This document shows positions 14,053 to 28,014 of a stretch of DNA of 64,000 nt, in pieces (within the stretch, counting starts at the first letter, position 1; each line of letters opens with the position of its first letter). Where the stretch lies: positions 13,082,001 through 13,146,000 of the forward strand of contig CM022671.1 in the NCBI GenBank assembly GCA_012295275.1. The letters are read 5' to 3'. The stretch comes from Chrysomallon squamiferum. Its lineage: Eukaryota > Animalia > Mollusca. A program made the position numbers and the translations under genes. The notes under the pieces are model-generated. The model was given only the letters and a program-made list of their open reading frames with translations. It was not told the origin of the DNA and did not search any database.

Positions 14053-16559
14053 TTTGACATCATTAACCAAGAACATCACAAAAGCAAACATCATGGCAGC
14101 TAATTCTAAACATTGTCCTAATTTCTGGCTGTATAATGCCATTATTAATTTTGTGCATAATTAATTATTTCATCCATTTATTGTTTTGTTGTTTTTTGAC
14201 AACCATAAATTCTTGAGCTTCTTGTTCTTTTTATTATACTGGTTCCAATTACTTTAATGCTCTTCATCATTTTTCACCTCCTCATTTCTCACCTCTGCAA
14301 AAAACCCACCAGTGATGAATTTGAATAAACAAAATGTAATTATATTATATAAAATGTCAATAGAGTTTGTGAAATAAACTTTTTTCTAAATAAACACAGA
14401 GGATACTTATTAAAACTATAACAAGCATCACTGAAAAGAGTGTAACAATTTTAAATTTGGTTAAAATTTAGTTTCATCTATATAATTAAGTACTTTATTT
14501 TGTCAAGTTAAACTTTTCTACATTTGATTTACTTCGGAAAAACAGAATTATCTAGTTTTCATTTTATTATGATAAAGAGAATAAAAATGTTCAGTATTAT
14601 GAGATTTATACAACTTGTAAAGAAAATAAGTGTTTCAAGTCATAAACAAATAAAGCAGCAGTTTTTTTTGGTTTCCAAAATCTGAGTTGGATAAATATTC
14701 CTGGTTCTGCCTATCAAGAGAGCAGCTGATGGTATAATAAGTTCTGCTTGAGGGCCTCACCCAGATTGAACCCAGTCAGATGATTAAAAACAACATTAGA
14801 CAGAGAATATTTTCACTTAGGTTAAGTTCACTTAGCTCCAACTTCATCTTTGATTTTTCAACACAAATATCTGTCAAAATGTTTAAATTTATTAGTGTTT
14901 ACATTTTTATTTTTATCTGATGTTAAAGCAAAAGCAGCAGGAAAAAGATAATTAAAATATAGGTAAAACTTATAACTGTTTTTTTTTTTAATAGTAAATA
15001 ATTATTGCTTTATGAGTTGATCTTTAATTTACAGTTATAGATTTTAACCATGTTGAATTTCATTTTATTTATTTATAAATTAATATTATTGATAAATGCT
15101 TGATTAATGATCGCTCAATATATTTAACTATGACCTCTGTGTTTTCTCACCCTTATTTATAATAGATTTGTTAATAAAAATATGTATAAGAGAAAAATTA
15201 ATCTGATTACTAATCAGTTTACTCTACTTGTTAACGTTTTATATCTGTAACTGTTTTAATAATTTACTAACACTAAGTTGTTGGTCTGAAGACTCTTAGG
15301 TTCTAGATTCAGTCCTGTTACTGAACTTATCCAATATTAATTATATGATTATGATCATATAACCATCTCTGTAAACATGTTTTTAAAAGAATATAACAGC
15401 AATTATTACTCTTTTGACAGACAAGCTCAGTTGCTTTTTTGTATGCCCAAGACATGTGCTGCTCGTCTCTTCATGGATGTACACAAATTTCACAGTGTGC
15501 ACATGATTTATTTTTATTGTCTACATCACTAGTATGGTACACTATTACAGTATGCCATTTGTTATCTGACCATTTAAACATACTGTTACTGAAACAGATC
15601 TGCAGTTATGACCATAAAAAATCAGTTTCATAAAACATATCTTATCTCACATAAACAGATTGGGCAGTCATGCTGCTTTCATTTCATTATTAATATTTAT
15701 TATTGGTATTAATGAAACCATTGTGCCAGTTGCCATTAAAATGCCACCGGAGTATTTGGCTAGACTGTCCATCATAGCAATAAATAACTTTTTAACTCAT
15801 GTAATATTTCTAATTATGTTAGTGATGAAACAGGAATTCTTTGCAGAACAATTTACAGAATAATTTTAGTCTAGATAAAACTAAGGAGCCAGTATAAATT
15901 GAACTAAATGTAATGTAAAATAAATGTAATAACTTGTTAAAATATTGTTAAATAACCACTTATTACTTATTCAAGTTACAAATAACAAGATATGCATTTG
16001 CATAGATGAAAAAAATATGTTTATCAGGTTAAGAAACCAACATTACTCCATCAATCAACAATCAAACTATTCAAGTAAATAAAGAAAAATATAATCCAAC
16101 AAATTATGTTTTAACATCAAGTGTCAAGAGGGGCAGAACTATAGCACAACCAACAATTGTGAGCTGCTAAGAAGACGTATGATGGATGTAGCATTTTACA
16201 AAAACAAATGGATGCACACATCTTTGCAGAGGGTGTACATACTAATGAGAGATGGTTTGATAACAGTTAACTTTTGTCAGTATGAACACAAAAACCTACA
16301 AATGCAGTGAATACATTGCTACACATACAAAGTAGTATATGTATTTAACTAAAAATCACAAAATAAGAGTTCACAACTATATGGTTCATAACTATATGGT
16401 CAGGTTGATGAGGTGATGCTGTCTGTCCCTGAACACACCAAGTAGATCCCTCCTCAACCCGAGACAGTATCTCGCACACCATCCTCATTCATTGATCATG
16501 TTCCGAAACACAAAACACAATGCAAACACAGTCATTAAATTGCACACATATTAAACTGT

Positions 16560-17721
16560 TCTTATTCTTCGTTGAGATACATTTGATTATAGTTTTAATT
16601 CAGGTTATTAAAAATGCTTCCCTATGTGTTTTCTGGCCAGATGTCTGACACTGTTTTCCCATGGCCAGTTTGTCAATATCTGGTTTTAGATCTTGTGCTG
16701 AGGCAGTCCTTAAAACAGCATGGCAGTTGTCATTGGTGATGTATGATGTGTGCTTTGTCTTCTTTTGCTTCATTATTGTGAACATCTGTTTGCACAGATA
16801 GGAGCTTCCAAACATGGACAGAACATGAGCAGCGTGAAGTCAGAGCTGTGGCATAAAACCAGGGAGCAGCAGACAGTAAAAGTCCTCAGTTGCATCATCC
16901 TGGACTTGCTCTCAGACCACTATCACTCTGAAGCTCTATTAACTCCATCTGAAGGCAATGAGGTGCACTGCAGTGGTCAGTGGTTAAAGGATTGGTAAAG
17001 CCTGAGTGCTGTGCTTTAAAATCAGAGAAGAGCTGATCAAACTCATTCATTAAGTCATTCATTGATTGCCACACAAGCACATGAAAAAGCACCTGGAACT
17101 GAGGCTGAAAGGCTCTGACAAACAGGAAAGTAGGCTTGATTATTCTGTTTTACTTGGGATTTCCAAAGGTCAAGTTTATGCTGGAAAGCTGTGATCATGT
17201 CCGGACATCTGTGGATGACTTTTATTTGAGTACCAGCAGCCTTTGATTAAGTTGGGTAAGATCATTATGTCACACAACATAGCAGAGTCAGACAGCCAGT
17301 TTGGATTTGGTAGTTCAGACAAGTGTTTTCATTCCTTGCTTGAAAAGAGCAATTTCTTCCATAAGCTCAAAAAAAACATTTGAGGACTCAGCCACCTTAC
17401 AAGAACAGATGGAACTGCTGGTGATTCAGACCACACACCCAAATGAAATTCACTGTTTTCATAACTGTGGTCATTATATCATACAGCTCCAGAACCTTTC
17501 CACAGAGAGCTTCCACTTTCTGGGAAAATCGCCCACACTGACATGGATACACTGCTATCTAAGGGCAGGAAGCCATCACTTCATGTGTAACATAATTGAA
17601 ATGTTTATGGGTGATGTAGCTTATGGTCAGTGCACACAGTAAAGCAGCATAGACTTATTTTAATACACTTTTTAAGCTCTAGCAGGCCACATTTACCCAC
17701 AGGCCTTGAGTTTGACATGTG
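16560..17721 (-). mobile_element. Internally deleted, decayed hAT transposon (SPIN/GTF2IRD2/Buster-like)
   Basis: ORF 16600-16815 [60 protein letters not shown] matches the hAT C-terminal dimerisation motif (MFGSTYLCEQ.FS.MK..K...R..L.D). Upstream in other frames: [28 protein letters not shown]. Minus-strand 5' end cacatgtcaaactcaaggcctgtgggtaaatgtggcctgc resembles hAT/Charlie-type TIR-subterminal sequence. Many stops and frameshifts. Confidence 0.92.
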
Positions 17722-20700
17722 ATTTAGAACAAACAGAAAACTGAAATTGTTAAAGCTCTTTAACCTAATAAAATAGTCAAATGAAGTCAATTAATTTTAG
17801 GTGGTGGATTTCTAATGTAATATTTTAATGTAGATTTGCAGTTAAATGAAAATGACACTTGAAAATTAATTATTTGTGTAATGACATTTCAAGATATTTA
17901 TTGTTAAAGATTTTAGTCATAAATAAAGTAACTTTTCTCTAATGATGATAGAAAAAAGGAAACCCACATAATGTGTGTAGTTCCATCCTAGGACATATCA
18001 TAATCATAATCACCATCATTATTTATTATTATTATTATTTCTTTGTGAACAGAAGAAAAAATTAAATTTGTTTTAAAATATATCAACAGTTAGATAAGTG
18101 TTAAACATAAGTAGTTTGTGAGGCAGAGATTATGTCCATGAAAAGCATGTCTGAGCTATTTTCTTAATGGAACATGCCAAACCTTATCCATACCATAATC
18201 AGATGAATTACAGTCATCTACCAGCATGCTTAAAGATTTACTGTATACATAGGTTGTTAAAAATGAACCATGTTATTCCCTGTTGATCATAACAATTAAG
18301 TTACAGTGCCATAGGTTAAACCCACTGTAAGAAGAAGCCACCTGCAATAATCTGGTTTATAACAACCCTGCAGATTTAAATGCAGTAAAATGTTGTTGTT
18401 GTTTATGAAAGATGCATGAAGAAGAACAACTTTTCTGTGATCTAAGACCTTCTGTTGTTGATAATATCTGGCAGCTTTTATTTAATTACCAGAAAAGATC
18501 TGAATTTTTTCTTCCAAGTATCTTTTTTATGTTTTAAAAAGAGATTTAATATGAACTCTCCAAAATCAAAATATTTAAAAAAATTCAACAGAACAGACAG
18601 TATTGTAGTCTTAGTAATGTTAGTGTTTTCACCTTGTACAAAAATCTGATATTTTATGAAATAAATGATTATGAAAATCATGTTTTTATTTGTAGCTAAC
18701 CTTTCACTAAATTCAACAGTCTTGAAAATAGTAATACAAAAAGAGTGTTAAATATTTTTAATAATATCAACTGAAATACACTGAATGTTTTGTTTTTATT
18801 TATTTATTTATTTATTTATTTATGTTTTATCAGTTCTTTTTACTTTTAACCAGAAAACAAAGAAATGTATATATTTTTGTTGCTGTATTCATCCATTTCA
18901 AGAAAAGAAAAATTTAATTGAAAGGAAAGAAGAAAAACAACCTAATTAAAAAAGGTAAATACCTTTTCTCATTTTTATTTTTATTTTTTTTTATTTTATT
19001 TGCATTTTCATGATCAAAAAGAAAAAAAGATTTGTAGTTTTGAATTTTTGAATTTCAGTTTTATTCACTTTAATTTTTCTTTTTGCTTCTGTTTTCTATT
19101 TTTTTTATATGCTTTACTGTATCATTTTAAGTTTAAATTTATAATTACATTACTTCAGGTAATTCATGAAAAAGAAAACAAAAACAATAAAATAACCCAA
19201 AAATAAATTGTATGGCATGAATGTCATGAGTTATTTATTGTATTGAAACAAGGAGTTAAAGTTTGAATAATGACACATCTGATGACAATCAGAATACACT
19301 ATCTTGTAGTTGAGATGGTGAAAAAAGACATTGAATTCTTATCACAATGATTAAATTCCGTTCACCATTTGGTTGCAACATCGTGGATTGTTTTTCTATT
19401 CAAAAAATCTATCTCAGATAAATTTAGCACTTCAAAGACTCCAAATAAGATGTTCCAATATGATTATTTTTTTTTTTTTTATAACATTTCACAAATCATT
19501 ATTTGACATACTAGAAATATTTGGTAAGGAAAATAAAACATTTTACTTTTTAAAACTGTCTTTAATTTGTTGTAAATAAAACTCATAACCTGGAAAGAAA
19601 CTACAGAAAATACTTGGTTAGCAGTTTAATTCCTCTAAACTACTTATTTTATTATTTTTTTAAATATGTTGTAAATAAAACTATATTTGATATGTTTGAA
19701 ATAATCCTGGTAAAGAATTTCATTCTTTGTTTGTTTTTTAATTCTTATTTGATTTCATGGATACTCTGTTTTCTTATATTGCTATTTTTAATTACAGTAT
19801 ACTGGTTACACTATACATACAAGTTTGATGTTTTACTCATCGGGCCATTTTCTTGTATAGCATTTGGTAACAAGTTGTAATAATGACAAGAAAAAAATTA
19901 TATTGATATCTAAGAAGGGAATTTTAAAAATTTTAATGTAACTTTAATAAAATAGTCACAGTATTGCATCAATTCTAATATGATTAGAAAAAGATATTTG
20001 GTTCCATTGACAACAAATAATTAATAGTTATATAGTTTGTTTTTTCTTGTTGCTATTTTTTGTAGGATGAGGGTAATTTGATGTATGTTTTTAAAAGAGT
20101 CATTGTGTTTAGAAAAAAATATGTGTATAGACTAACTAAAAAGTATATAATGTTACTTATGAATTGTGTTCTTAGCTTAACTTGATGCAACTTTTTAAAG
20201 ACAGCACTATATCATATTTCTGTTTTGTTTAGGAAAATATGTCCAATGGATCAACAAGTAATTAATATTATTATTTATTTTCTACTATATTTCAAATGAT
20301 TTTGTCCACAAATATTCTGCCATTAAATATGCATACTGTAAAATTTTAAATTATTGTTGTACTTTTATTAACATATTTTATTAAACTGAAGAGACCAACT
20401 TATTTTAAATTTATTGGCTATTAAATAAAAACTAATCTGTCTGTGGTATTGTTATTAAAAACATTGCAAATGATTTCTTTCAAATCTGCAACCTTACAAA
20501 CAGTTTTTAAACAATATTAATTTATGTTACATCTATGTCATTACCTCAGATATATTTGGCTAGTTACTTGGTCAAAAGTAAAAAAAAAATTATTAAAAAC
20601 TTATATTAAAAGAAACCTGTAAAGTTTTTTTAAATATTTTATTTATTTAAAAAAAATGTTTTATTTTAAATCTATATTACTAATACTGCTTGTTGTTGTT

Positions 20701-20829
20701 AAACAATTATTAGGCAAGCATTTAAAAAAAGAATAGTTATAATACTACTACTACTATTACATTAGCTAATAATAATAATAATGAATACAATTTTTTTTAA
20801 AGTTCATAAAATCTACTCCACAAATAATG

Positions 20830-21442
20830 TTTCTTTATCTTTGAAGGAAATTCCTTGTTATTTCAGATTACATCAAAACACATTAACAGCTGGCTTTTTC
20901 TGGTTTCTTTTTCATAAGATAATACATGGCAGTCATTTCTCACCATGAAGTTAGAATTTTGAACTGCTGTATATCAGCTATTTGAATTGTTTGATGACAT
21001 TTACTTATATTTATTCTATATCAGCCATTTCGAAGGTTCTCTACCATATATTTACAGTATTGTATCTAAAACATAATAATAATAGAACATGGAATAGTCT
21101 TTAAAATTAACCTGATCACCATAAAATTTAACTTCTGATGGAGAGAATGGGAAATGAAAATGAAATGTTTGTCATCATTTTCCTTGATCATGAAGGAAAC
21201 GGCTATTAAATTATATTTGTCCATACCATCTAAGATTGACAGATCATGTAACTGTAATGTTTGATTAGGTAACTTGAGCATGCAGCCAGGTGGCCAGTAT
21301 TTGTTCACATCAATGTTGTTAACCATTCTATGTGCTCTGCAAGTCGCACAGACAGCAAACAAATGGGATATATTTTTGTGTTGTGGAGAAATTTAGTTTC
21401 AAATCATTATTCTTTTCTTTAATGTTTTAACTGACAGGCTGC
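20830..21442 (-). pseudogene. Decayed exon with RING-finger-like cysteine pattern (candidate part of the Chapaev-like gene)
   Basis: After an AG acceptor (ct at 21443-21444): IPFVCCLCDLQST*NG*QH*CEQIL then (frameshift) PGCM, approximating C-x2-C-x11/12-C-x-H-x2-C-x2-C. Degenerate. Confidence 0.3.
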
Positions 21443-22099
21443 CTTAAAGATAAAATAATGCAATGTTTAGAAACTGTCAGAATTGAGCTTTGCATATGAT
21501 AAACAGTTCAGTTGTCTTAAGATCATATACAATGGAGCAAAATTATTTTATTTAAATTTTTTCAGAATTAGTTGATCATAAAATACTGTCACAAATATTA
21601 ATGTTCTTAAATACCATGTCACTCTTTAAGTGTTTTTCCTTCTCTGCATTTTTATCAATAAATGGCATCAATTAATCTAAACTCATTCTTTTTTAATTTG
21701 TTCAAATGACAGTTCCTCTATCTGTCCATCTGTATGTTCATCAATCCATACATATCTGCCTATTGATACATCTATCAGTTATTTCAATAATTCATCCATT
21801 TACCAAATGAAACACAAATGAACAGATTTTCATATTTTGTTTTATCTTTAAAATTAAAAAAATACCATACACTCGATATATATCAATATTGTGCACTCTT
21901 AATAATTATATAAATTTTACTTTCATTAATATATGTATATAGATACATTCAGAAATTCAAACATTCAGACATGAACAAAGACAGAGAAGCAATTTTCAAA
22001 TTTAATGAAAGCCATCAACACCAAAGTACATAAAACCTATGACCTATGACTACAAAGAATTGTGGTAGAATTTTATGCCATTACTTTAATCATACAACA

Positions 22100-23000
22100 C
22101 TTCCATGGAGGAAATTCGTTTGAAACAAATTGATATTTGTTTGCACACTTGTTGCTGGATTGATTGATATAATCATGTATCCAGCAGGTTGTTATTAATC
22201 TATGACTGCAAACTCTGGTAATTTGTCTCACACTGGAAATTGCCTTTAGTTGTGTTAAGACACTTGTCCAGTGATACCTGGTTATATGGTGATATCATTC
22301 TTTCATCTGATCAAACTTTCAAAGCTGTCCATCTGTTCAGTAATGCTTTAGTTACTGGTTTTGCTGAATGTTTATCATCTGTCTGTCTGACTATGTGTTA
22401 ATTCATATTTTAACAAACGATTATTGTATAACTTAACTGGTGCTTTGGTAGGATGTATTGTTGACGTATCTGCTGTGGCCTTGTTATAACTAGCCTAGTT
22501 CTCAAATAGTAGATTAATCAGACCAGATGTTTTTGAAATATGGTCCTCAAAATGTTTGTCATTTTATCAAAAAAATGGGCATGAGTGCCATTTTTAGACC
22601 CTGAAATCATGGTAACTGGTAGGTTAATTGTGATGAAATGGGTATCACTGGAAAACGTGATAAGCATTCCAAATCTGTTATTTTCATGATGGGCTAACTT
22701 TTGCCATCTTTTGACCTTTTGTTTGACTTTGCAAGCTGTCTGTCCTTGAAAATATCTGAATTCAAAATTAAACTCCATGATGTATTCTACAACATACAAA
22801 AATATTTTTATTTTAGTTGTAAAATACACTTAAAGTGGATGTACCTGACCAAAATAGTGACATTAATTTCATTTATCCTTCTACATATATAAAGAAATCC
22901 CTGTCAGATGTGTTTTTGTTGAGTTTTTAATCAGTGTGTGGTTTCACTGAGATGACAGATAGATATTCCAAATGTTCCAACAGTTTGTGTGTTCTTCTGC
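22100..23000 (-). pseudogene. Decayed Chapa-domain-like (RAG1-N-terminus-like) first exon, interrupted by the 22520-22800 repeat
   Basis: AEEH / KLLEHLEY / ICHLSE (22941-23000, two frameshifts; cf. H-x7-CRxCG) and DTSTIHPTKAPVKLYN (22423-22470), which has the D-x4-H-x4-(C)-x2-(C) spacing and the IHP motif but with both Cys mutated. Confidence 0.35.
22520..22800. mobile_element. Second, diverged copy of the unclassified repeat at 13.3-13.7 kb
   Basis: gggtatcactggaaaacgtgataagcattccaaatctgttatt...cttttgaccttttg aligns by eye with ggtattgttgaaaaggtaatatgacaaggattccaaatctgccatt...cttttgacctttg at ~13570-13650. Confidence 0.55.
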
Positions 23001-24134
23001 TCCACTGACTACAATCAACTTTCCAATTTATTATATCTGATGTAGAACTTGTTTTTCTTTTATTTCACAAATTTACTGTTTCACCTGCATGTTAGGCTGG
23101 CAGTTTTATGTCTGTCTTTTCTGTCTTCATAAATCACATCACATGCTAAAATTCTTTAATTTTTGCAGGACATTTGTTGTGTATTTTTTTATAACCAGAA
23201 TTTGGTTATTATGCATAATAAAAGAACTTATTTATGATGATGTATTATTACATTTATTTATGTTTGTCATAAATCACACAATTTGAAACTTTTTTTTTCA
23301 ATTTAAATAATTTTAAAGGATCTAATAATAAACAACACATACACACACACACACATATAGACAAAAACACACAAAATAAAAGTAGTCACCAAGTTGGAAC
23401 ATACTAGTTTATATTATTATAATACAACAAAATGGATATACACATGCATACAAAAATATACACACATGTATACTCATAAATGCACAAACAGACATAATAT
23501 ATAAACAATTACTCCTACATATATGAATAAGAAGACATTTAAAAAATTAATGTAAAGCTGTTGCAAAGAACTTCTAAAATTCCATTAAAATGATACAGTA
23601 TAAGTCTATAATATTATTTCCAATTTACCAGCATCCTTATTACACACTGACTAGACACCATTATAACTTGCTTATTGTCACTGACAAACAAGTTATATTA
23701 CACTAGTGGACAATGAGTTTCTGTAGCTACAAGAATGTCATCTTTCATTTCACTATCTTGCACTATGTTACAACTGGCTGGTTGGAGTGTGTTAATGATA
23801 AATTATTGCAAAACGGCAAGCAGTATGACTACAGTGTATAGAGAATATACAGTGTGTGTCTTTTGCCAGAGCTGAGAAATTCATTTGCAGGCTAACTGAA
23901 ACATTCTGATTATTCTTCTGCTTTTACAAGTAACACACATGTGTGACTTACTGCAGTGACTGCCAGACTTACAGTTGGTTGCCATGGCACCACCACAGGT
24001 AATCAATTTGTCTTTTTTTTAATTAATGAATGCTGGTGGTTTTGCTCTTTTGTTATTTGATTACATTTTTATATTAATATGATTATCTGTGGTGTTCTGT
24101 TATTAATAGTTAAATGTGTATGTGTATTAGTTTT

Positions 24135-24164
24135 TATTACTATTACTATTACTATTACTATTAC

Positions 24165-24217
<53 letters not shown>

Positions 24218-24228
24218 TTATTATTATT
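24135..24228. repeat. Compound (TATTAC)n-(ATT)n microsatellite
   Basis: Seen directly; source of the poly-Ile ORF 24079-24288. Confidence 0.95.
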
Positions 24229-24979
24229 CACCTTCTTCAGCATTCATTTAATTATGTTTATTTTATGGATAATGTACATTCCCAATAAAATTATATATTT
24301 AAAAAATCAACAGTAATACATATTTTTAGTATTAGAGACATAGAACTGTTCTTATTCCCAAATATATATAATAAATAATAAAACTAAAATTCAGATAGTA
24401 GTCATTCAAATACTTGACATATTGTGCTGAATCTGATCAGAAATAAACGTTGCTATAATTCATTTTCAAATCATACTTTCTGTGCCTTCTTATAAAATTT
24501 ATAATGCTGAAACAGGCTGATAAAATGAGGAATCATTAAGGTACAGATTTTATAAATAATTAATACTGTACCCATTTTGTAAAATTATTTATTTATTTTT
24601 ACCTAAATTAAAACTGTATTAAGTAAGAAGTGAATTGCATATGAAAATTTGCTATTATTTGTGGAATATGTTTCTGTTAGGTGTTGTATTTTTATGTGCA
24701 ACTTAAATGTGGATTTAACTTTATAACAGTCTAATCAAAGTAACTTTTTGATACAGGATTCTGACAGTTAAGAAATTATTTGACTTAAATAAATGAATTT
24801 CAACATTGTATTCAAGCATATGATTTTATATTTTAAACTTTTGAAATGATCATAAGTTCATATTTTTAAACAGCTACATCTCTAATGTATTATCTTGAGC
24901 CTGGACATTTAAACTTTGTCATTCAAATTAAAACAATTTTACAATACATAGCTTTTTCATTTGAATGAATGTTTGATTT

Positions 24980-26909
24980 GGCTATTGGGGGTCAAACCAA
25001 AGGTTTATACTGAGATATAAGCAAAGCCTCTTGCTTGGTAGGTAAAATGAAAAACAAATTGGAGTCCATTGAGCTGCCAGCAAGCAAATTATCTCAGTGT
25101 ACTGGCAAAATCTGGTTTAATTTTCCATGAACTTCCCAAAATGCATCTGTCACATGTAGATTGTTTTGTGATAAATGGAATTGAGTACAAATGAAAGTTA
25201 AAGGACACAGAAGCACTAAATGTGATTGATAAATCAGATGCCTGTCTTTCTCCTGTCTTGCCTGTTATTTCAGACCCATCGATTCTCTATTTTTAAAAAG
25301 AAAAATCTCCTGTTATTGCTATGCACAGTGGCCATATTTAAACAGTGAAAATATTCCAGTTATTATTATTATTATAATTATTATTATTATTATTAGAAGT
25401 AATAGTTCTAGTAGTAGGAGGAGTAGTAGTAATCGCAAAGAGTGGTAGTCATAGTAGTATTTTTAAAGTTACACTTTATTATTAGTAAAACTGTTGTAAC
25501 AGTATAGTAGTAGCAGTAGTAGCAACAGCAATAGTAGTAGAAACTAAATTTTATTTATTTTGTTAATAATGAGATATATCATTTTAAATACTATAAGAAT
25601 TTTATTTATATTTTGGTCTTTGTGAAAATCTAACTGCTTAATGAGATTAGCTTTATACTGTTTTAATACTGATTTGTGCATTCTGTTTGTTCGAGTGTAT
25701 CTCTGTATGTTTTTCTATGTACTTACTGTCTCCATAGAGTGTTTTTCCTCAACAGCTGTTTACATTATTCTACTTATAAATGCATTCTTCACAACATAAT
25801 AAAATATTTATTTTTCTTATGGTATACCATTAATTTAGATATAATAAAAATATATTCTGTTGTCTGCAAGATACTTGTCACAGATTTGGTTACAGATATC
25901 AAAAGTTTTTTTTTTCTTTTTAATGTATATGTGTGCAGTGTGTGTTTGTATATCAGTAAGAGTTTTCAAAAACAGCATAATAAAAATTATTTTATTCAAA
26001 CAAAGAATTGTTATAGCATCATTAGATCTGTGATAAATCAAATAGATTAGTTTCGTTATTAATTTTTTAAGATATCAATCAATTGTTAAGATTGTTTATG
26101 ACATACAAAAATAAATTCTCATTAATCCAATTTATTGGCACAATTCAAGTTCTTAATTTCTTTTTTTTTTTATCTTTTTTTTTTTTCAGTTTATCTTTCA
26201 GTGTATAAGATTTATTTACACCTGTTCACAAGAAACGGTTAATGATTATAATTTATTTATGTGTTGGTTTTAACCTGTTAAGATTATACATTATGTAATA
26301 TTGACATCATTTTGTTGCACCTAACTTAGCAAGTCAAAAATTTGTTGTTGCTGTATGCCTTCCATCCATTGCTGACTTATGCAGTGTAATTAATCTTCTG
26401 GCATGGACCATCCAAGCATTAAAAGAGAGTTCTGCAGGCACTAATATATGATAACATAGAACTGATGCAATATATACATTTTTTAAGGTTGTTAATTTGA
26501 TAATTATCATTTGTTCCCAAATGGCTAACTTGCAGGACCTAATTTCTCTTTAATTACATCTAGATAATGGAAGTTAGAATCTCTTCTGTGATTTGGTACA
26601 GAATATTCAAGCAAACAGCCACTGCATTATAGGCACTATTGAAAGACAAATTGTTTTGGCCTGTAATATCAGAGTAATGGAATTTAGATATTATAGTCAG
26701 TTCATAATTTGTTAAGAGTTTACTTTTGTGTCCAGCCATGCACATCTGGAGTAGTCAGTTTTAGAAGTTTAAAGTAAATATTTTATTTATCGTTTATCTC
26801 AACCTTCTACCTTATCAAGATAACTTTCTATCCAATCTTAATTCAGTCTATTAATCATTCTTCTATCAGTTTGTTGATTGATTCATGCAATATAGCAATC
26901 TGTCATCCA

Positions 26910-26942
<33 letters not shown>

Positions 26943-27481
26943 TGTCTGTGATCTGTAAATATATCTTTCAACCAGTAACATCCCAATCAAGCCTTTATTT
27001 ATAATATGTTCCAACACATTACATTTTAGAAATTATTAACTATTATATAATTTATAGTTAAAATTAAGTTTTTAGATAAATGTCTAAAAATAAGATTTTA
27101 ATTTTTTTTCCCTTTTATTATAATATTTTAAAACTTTTCTGTCCTATATTTTGGACAGAAAATTAATTTGGTCTTAGAACCTGAATTAATAAAATGATAT
27201 CTCAGGTGCTGTAAGAAATCTAAAATGAAATAACTCAGTAAATCTAGGGATTGGTCTATAGCTCTGTGATTAATGTTTATTTCTGAGTTACACAAGGTAG
27301 CAGGATTAAACTTCATCAGTATACACAGATAGCTATTTTCAGTTCTTTCTTGTGTTCTTTGATTACCTACCAACATCTTTGTTATATGTTGTCCTGATTT
27401 TATAAAGATGTGTAAAAAATATATTTCGCTGCTACATGATGAAATGCTAACAGCAGTTTTTCTCTCTTCATATATCATCAT
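24980..27481 (-). pseudogene. Possible decayed, intron-split Pif1-family helicase gene (Helitron/Helentron-type)
   Basis: Collinear degenerate motifs on the minus strand: ENSYLCILMKFNP..IDQSLD..Y..FI (27128-27481); SAYNAVAVCLNI..IT (cf. A.TGVAAxNI.G.T), QINNLKNVYI, SFNAWM..RR, DGR...F/DLAKL (cf. FGGK..GDxxQL) in 26300-26745; NGLQFVFHFTYQAR (cf. GL...LA.GARVML) near 25030-25075. Walker A and DE motifs are not intact. Confidence 0.35.
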
Positions 27482-27967
27482 ATATATTTCATATTAATTA
27501 ATTCATGCTCATTATATAATCTTACACTTCAGTATAAACTTTCATTGTCATACTACTGTTACTCTAATTTTAATATAAACTGATTGTACGAGCAGTATAA
27601 GTTGTTATTTCACAGGTTTTAGCTTAATAAGGTATCTGTCATTCTCTAAACCAGATGTAAAATAGAATAATAATTTTAAAAAGCTACATGAAAATAATCA
27701 ATTCTGAAATTTAAATAAAAAATAGCAGTTATTAAAAGAAAGAAAAATTCTTGTTGTAATACTAAGCCCATTTTGAAAATAATTTCCAATCTGTTTCATG
27801 TGTTTTTTTCCTGACAGAGCCCAATGATAGTTCTGATTAATGCTTTTTGTTATTAGTCATTGTGAATATGTTGAGTTCTTCAGGAATTCATAAACAGTAG
27901 GTTATAATTATATTGATCCTAATACCTATATAATATACATATTATCACCCACTTGCTTTGTCAATTA

Positions 27968-27968
<1 letters not shown>

Positions 27969-28008
<40 letters not shown>
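27969..28008. repeat. (CA)n microsatellite
   Basis: Seen directly. Confidence 0.97.

Positions 28009-28014
<6 letters not shown>

Noticed and set aside
15430-16266. A second hAT/Charlie-like non-autonomous element
   Set aside because: Only a vague terminal resemblance; no alignable TIR pair or TSD.
26700-26745. CMAGHKS as a Crypton recombinase or SWIM motif
   Set aside because: No supporting neighbouring motifs; the surrounding sequence fits Pif1 order better.
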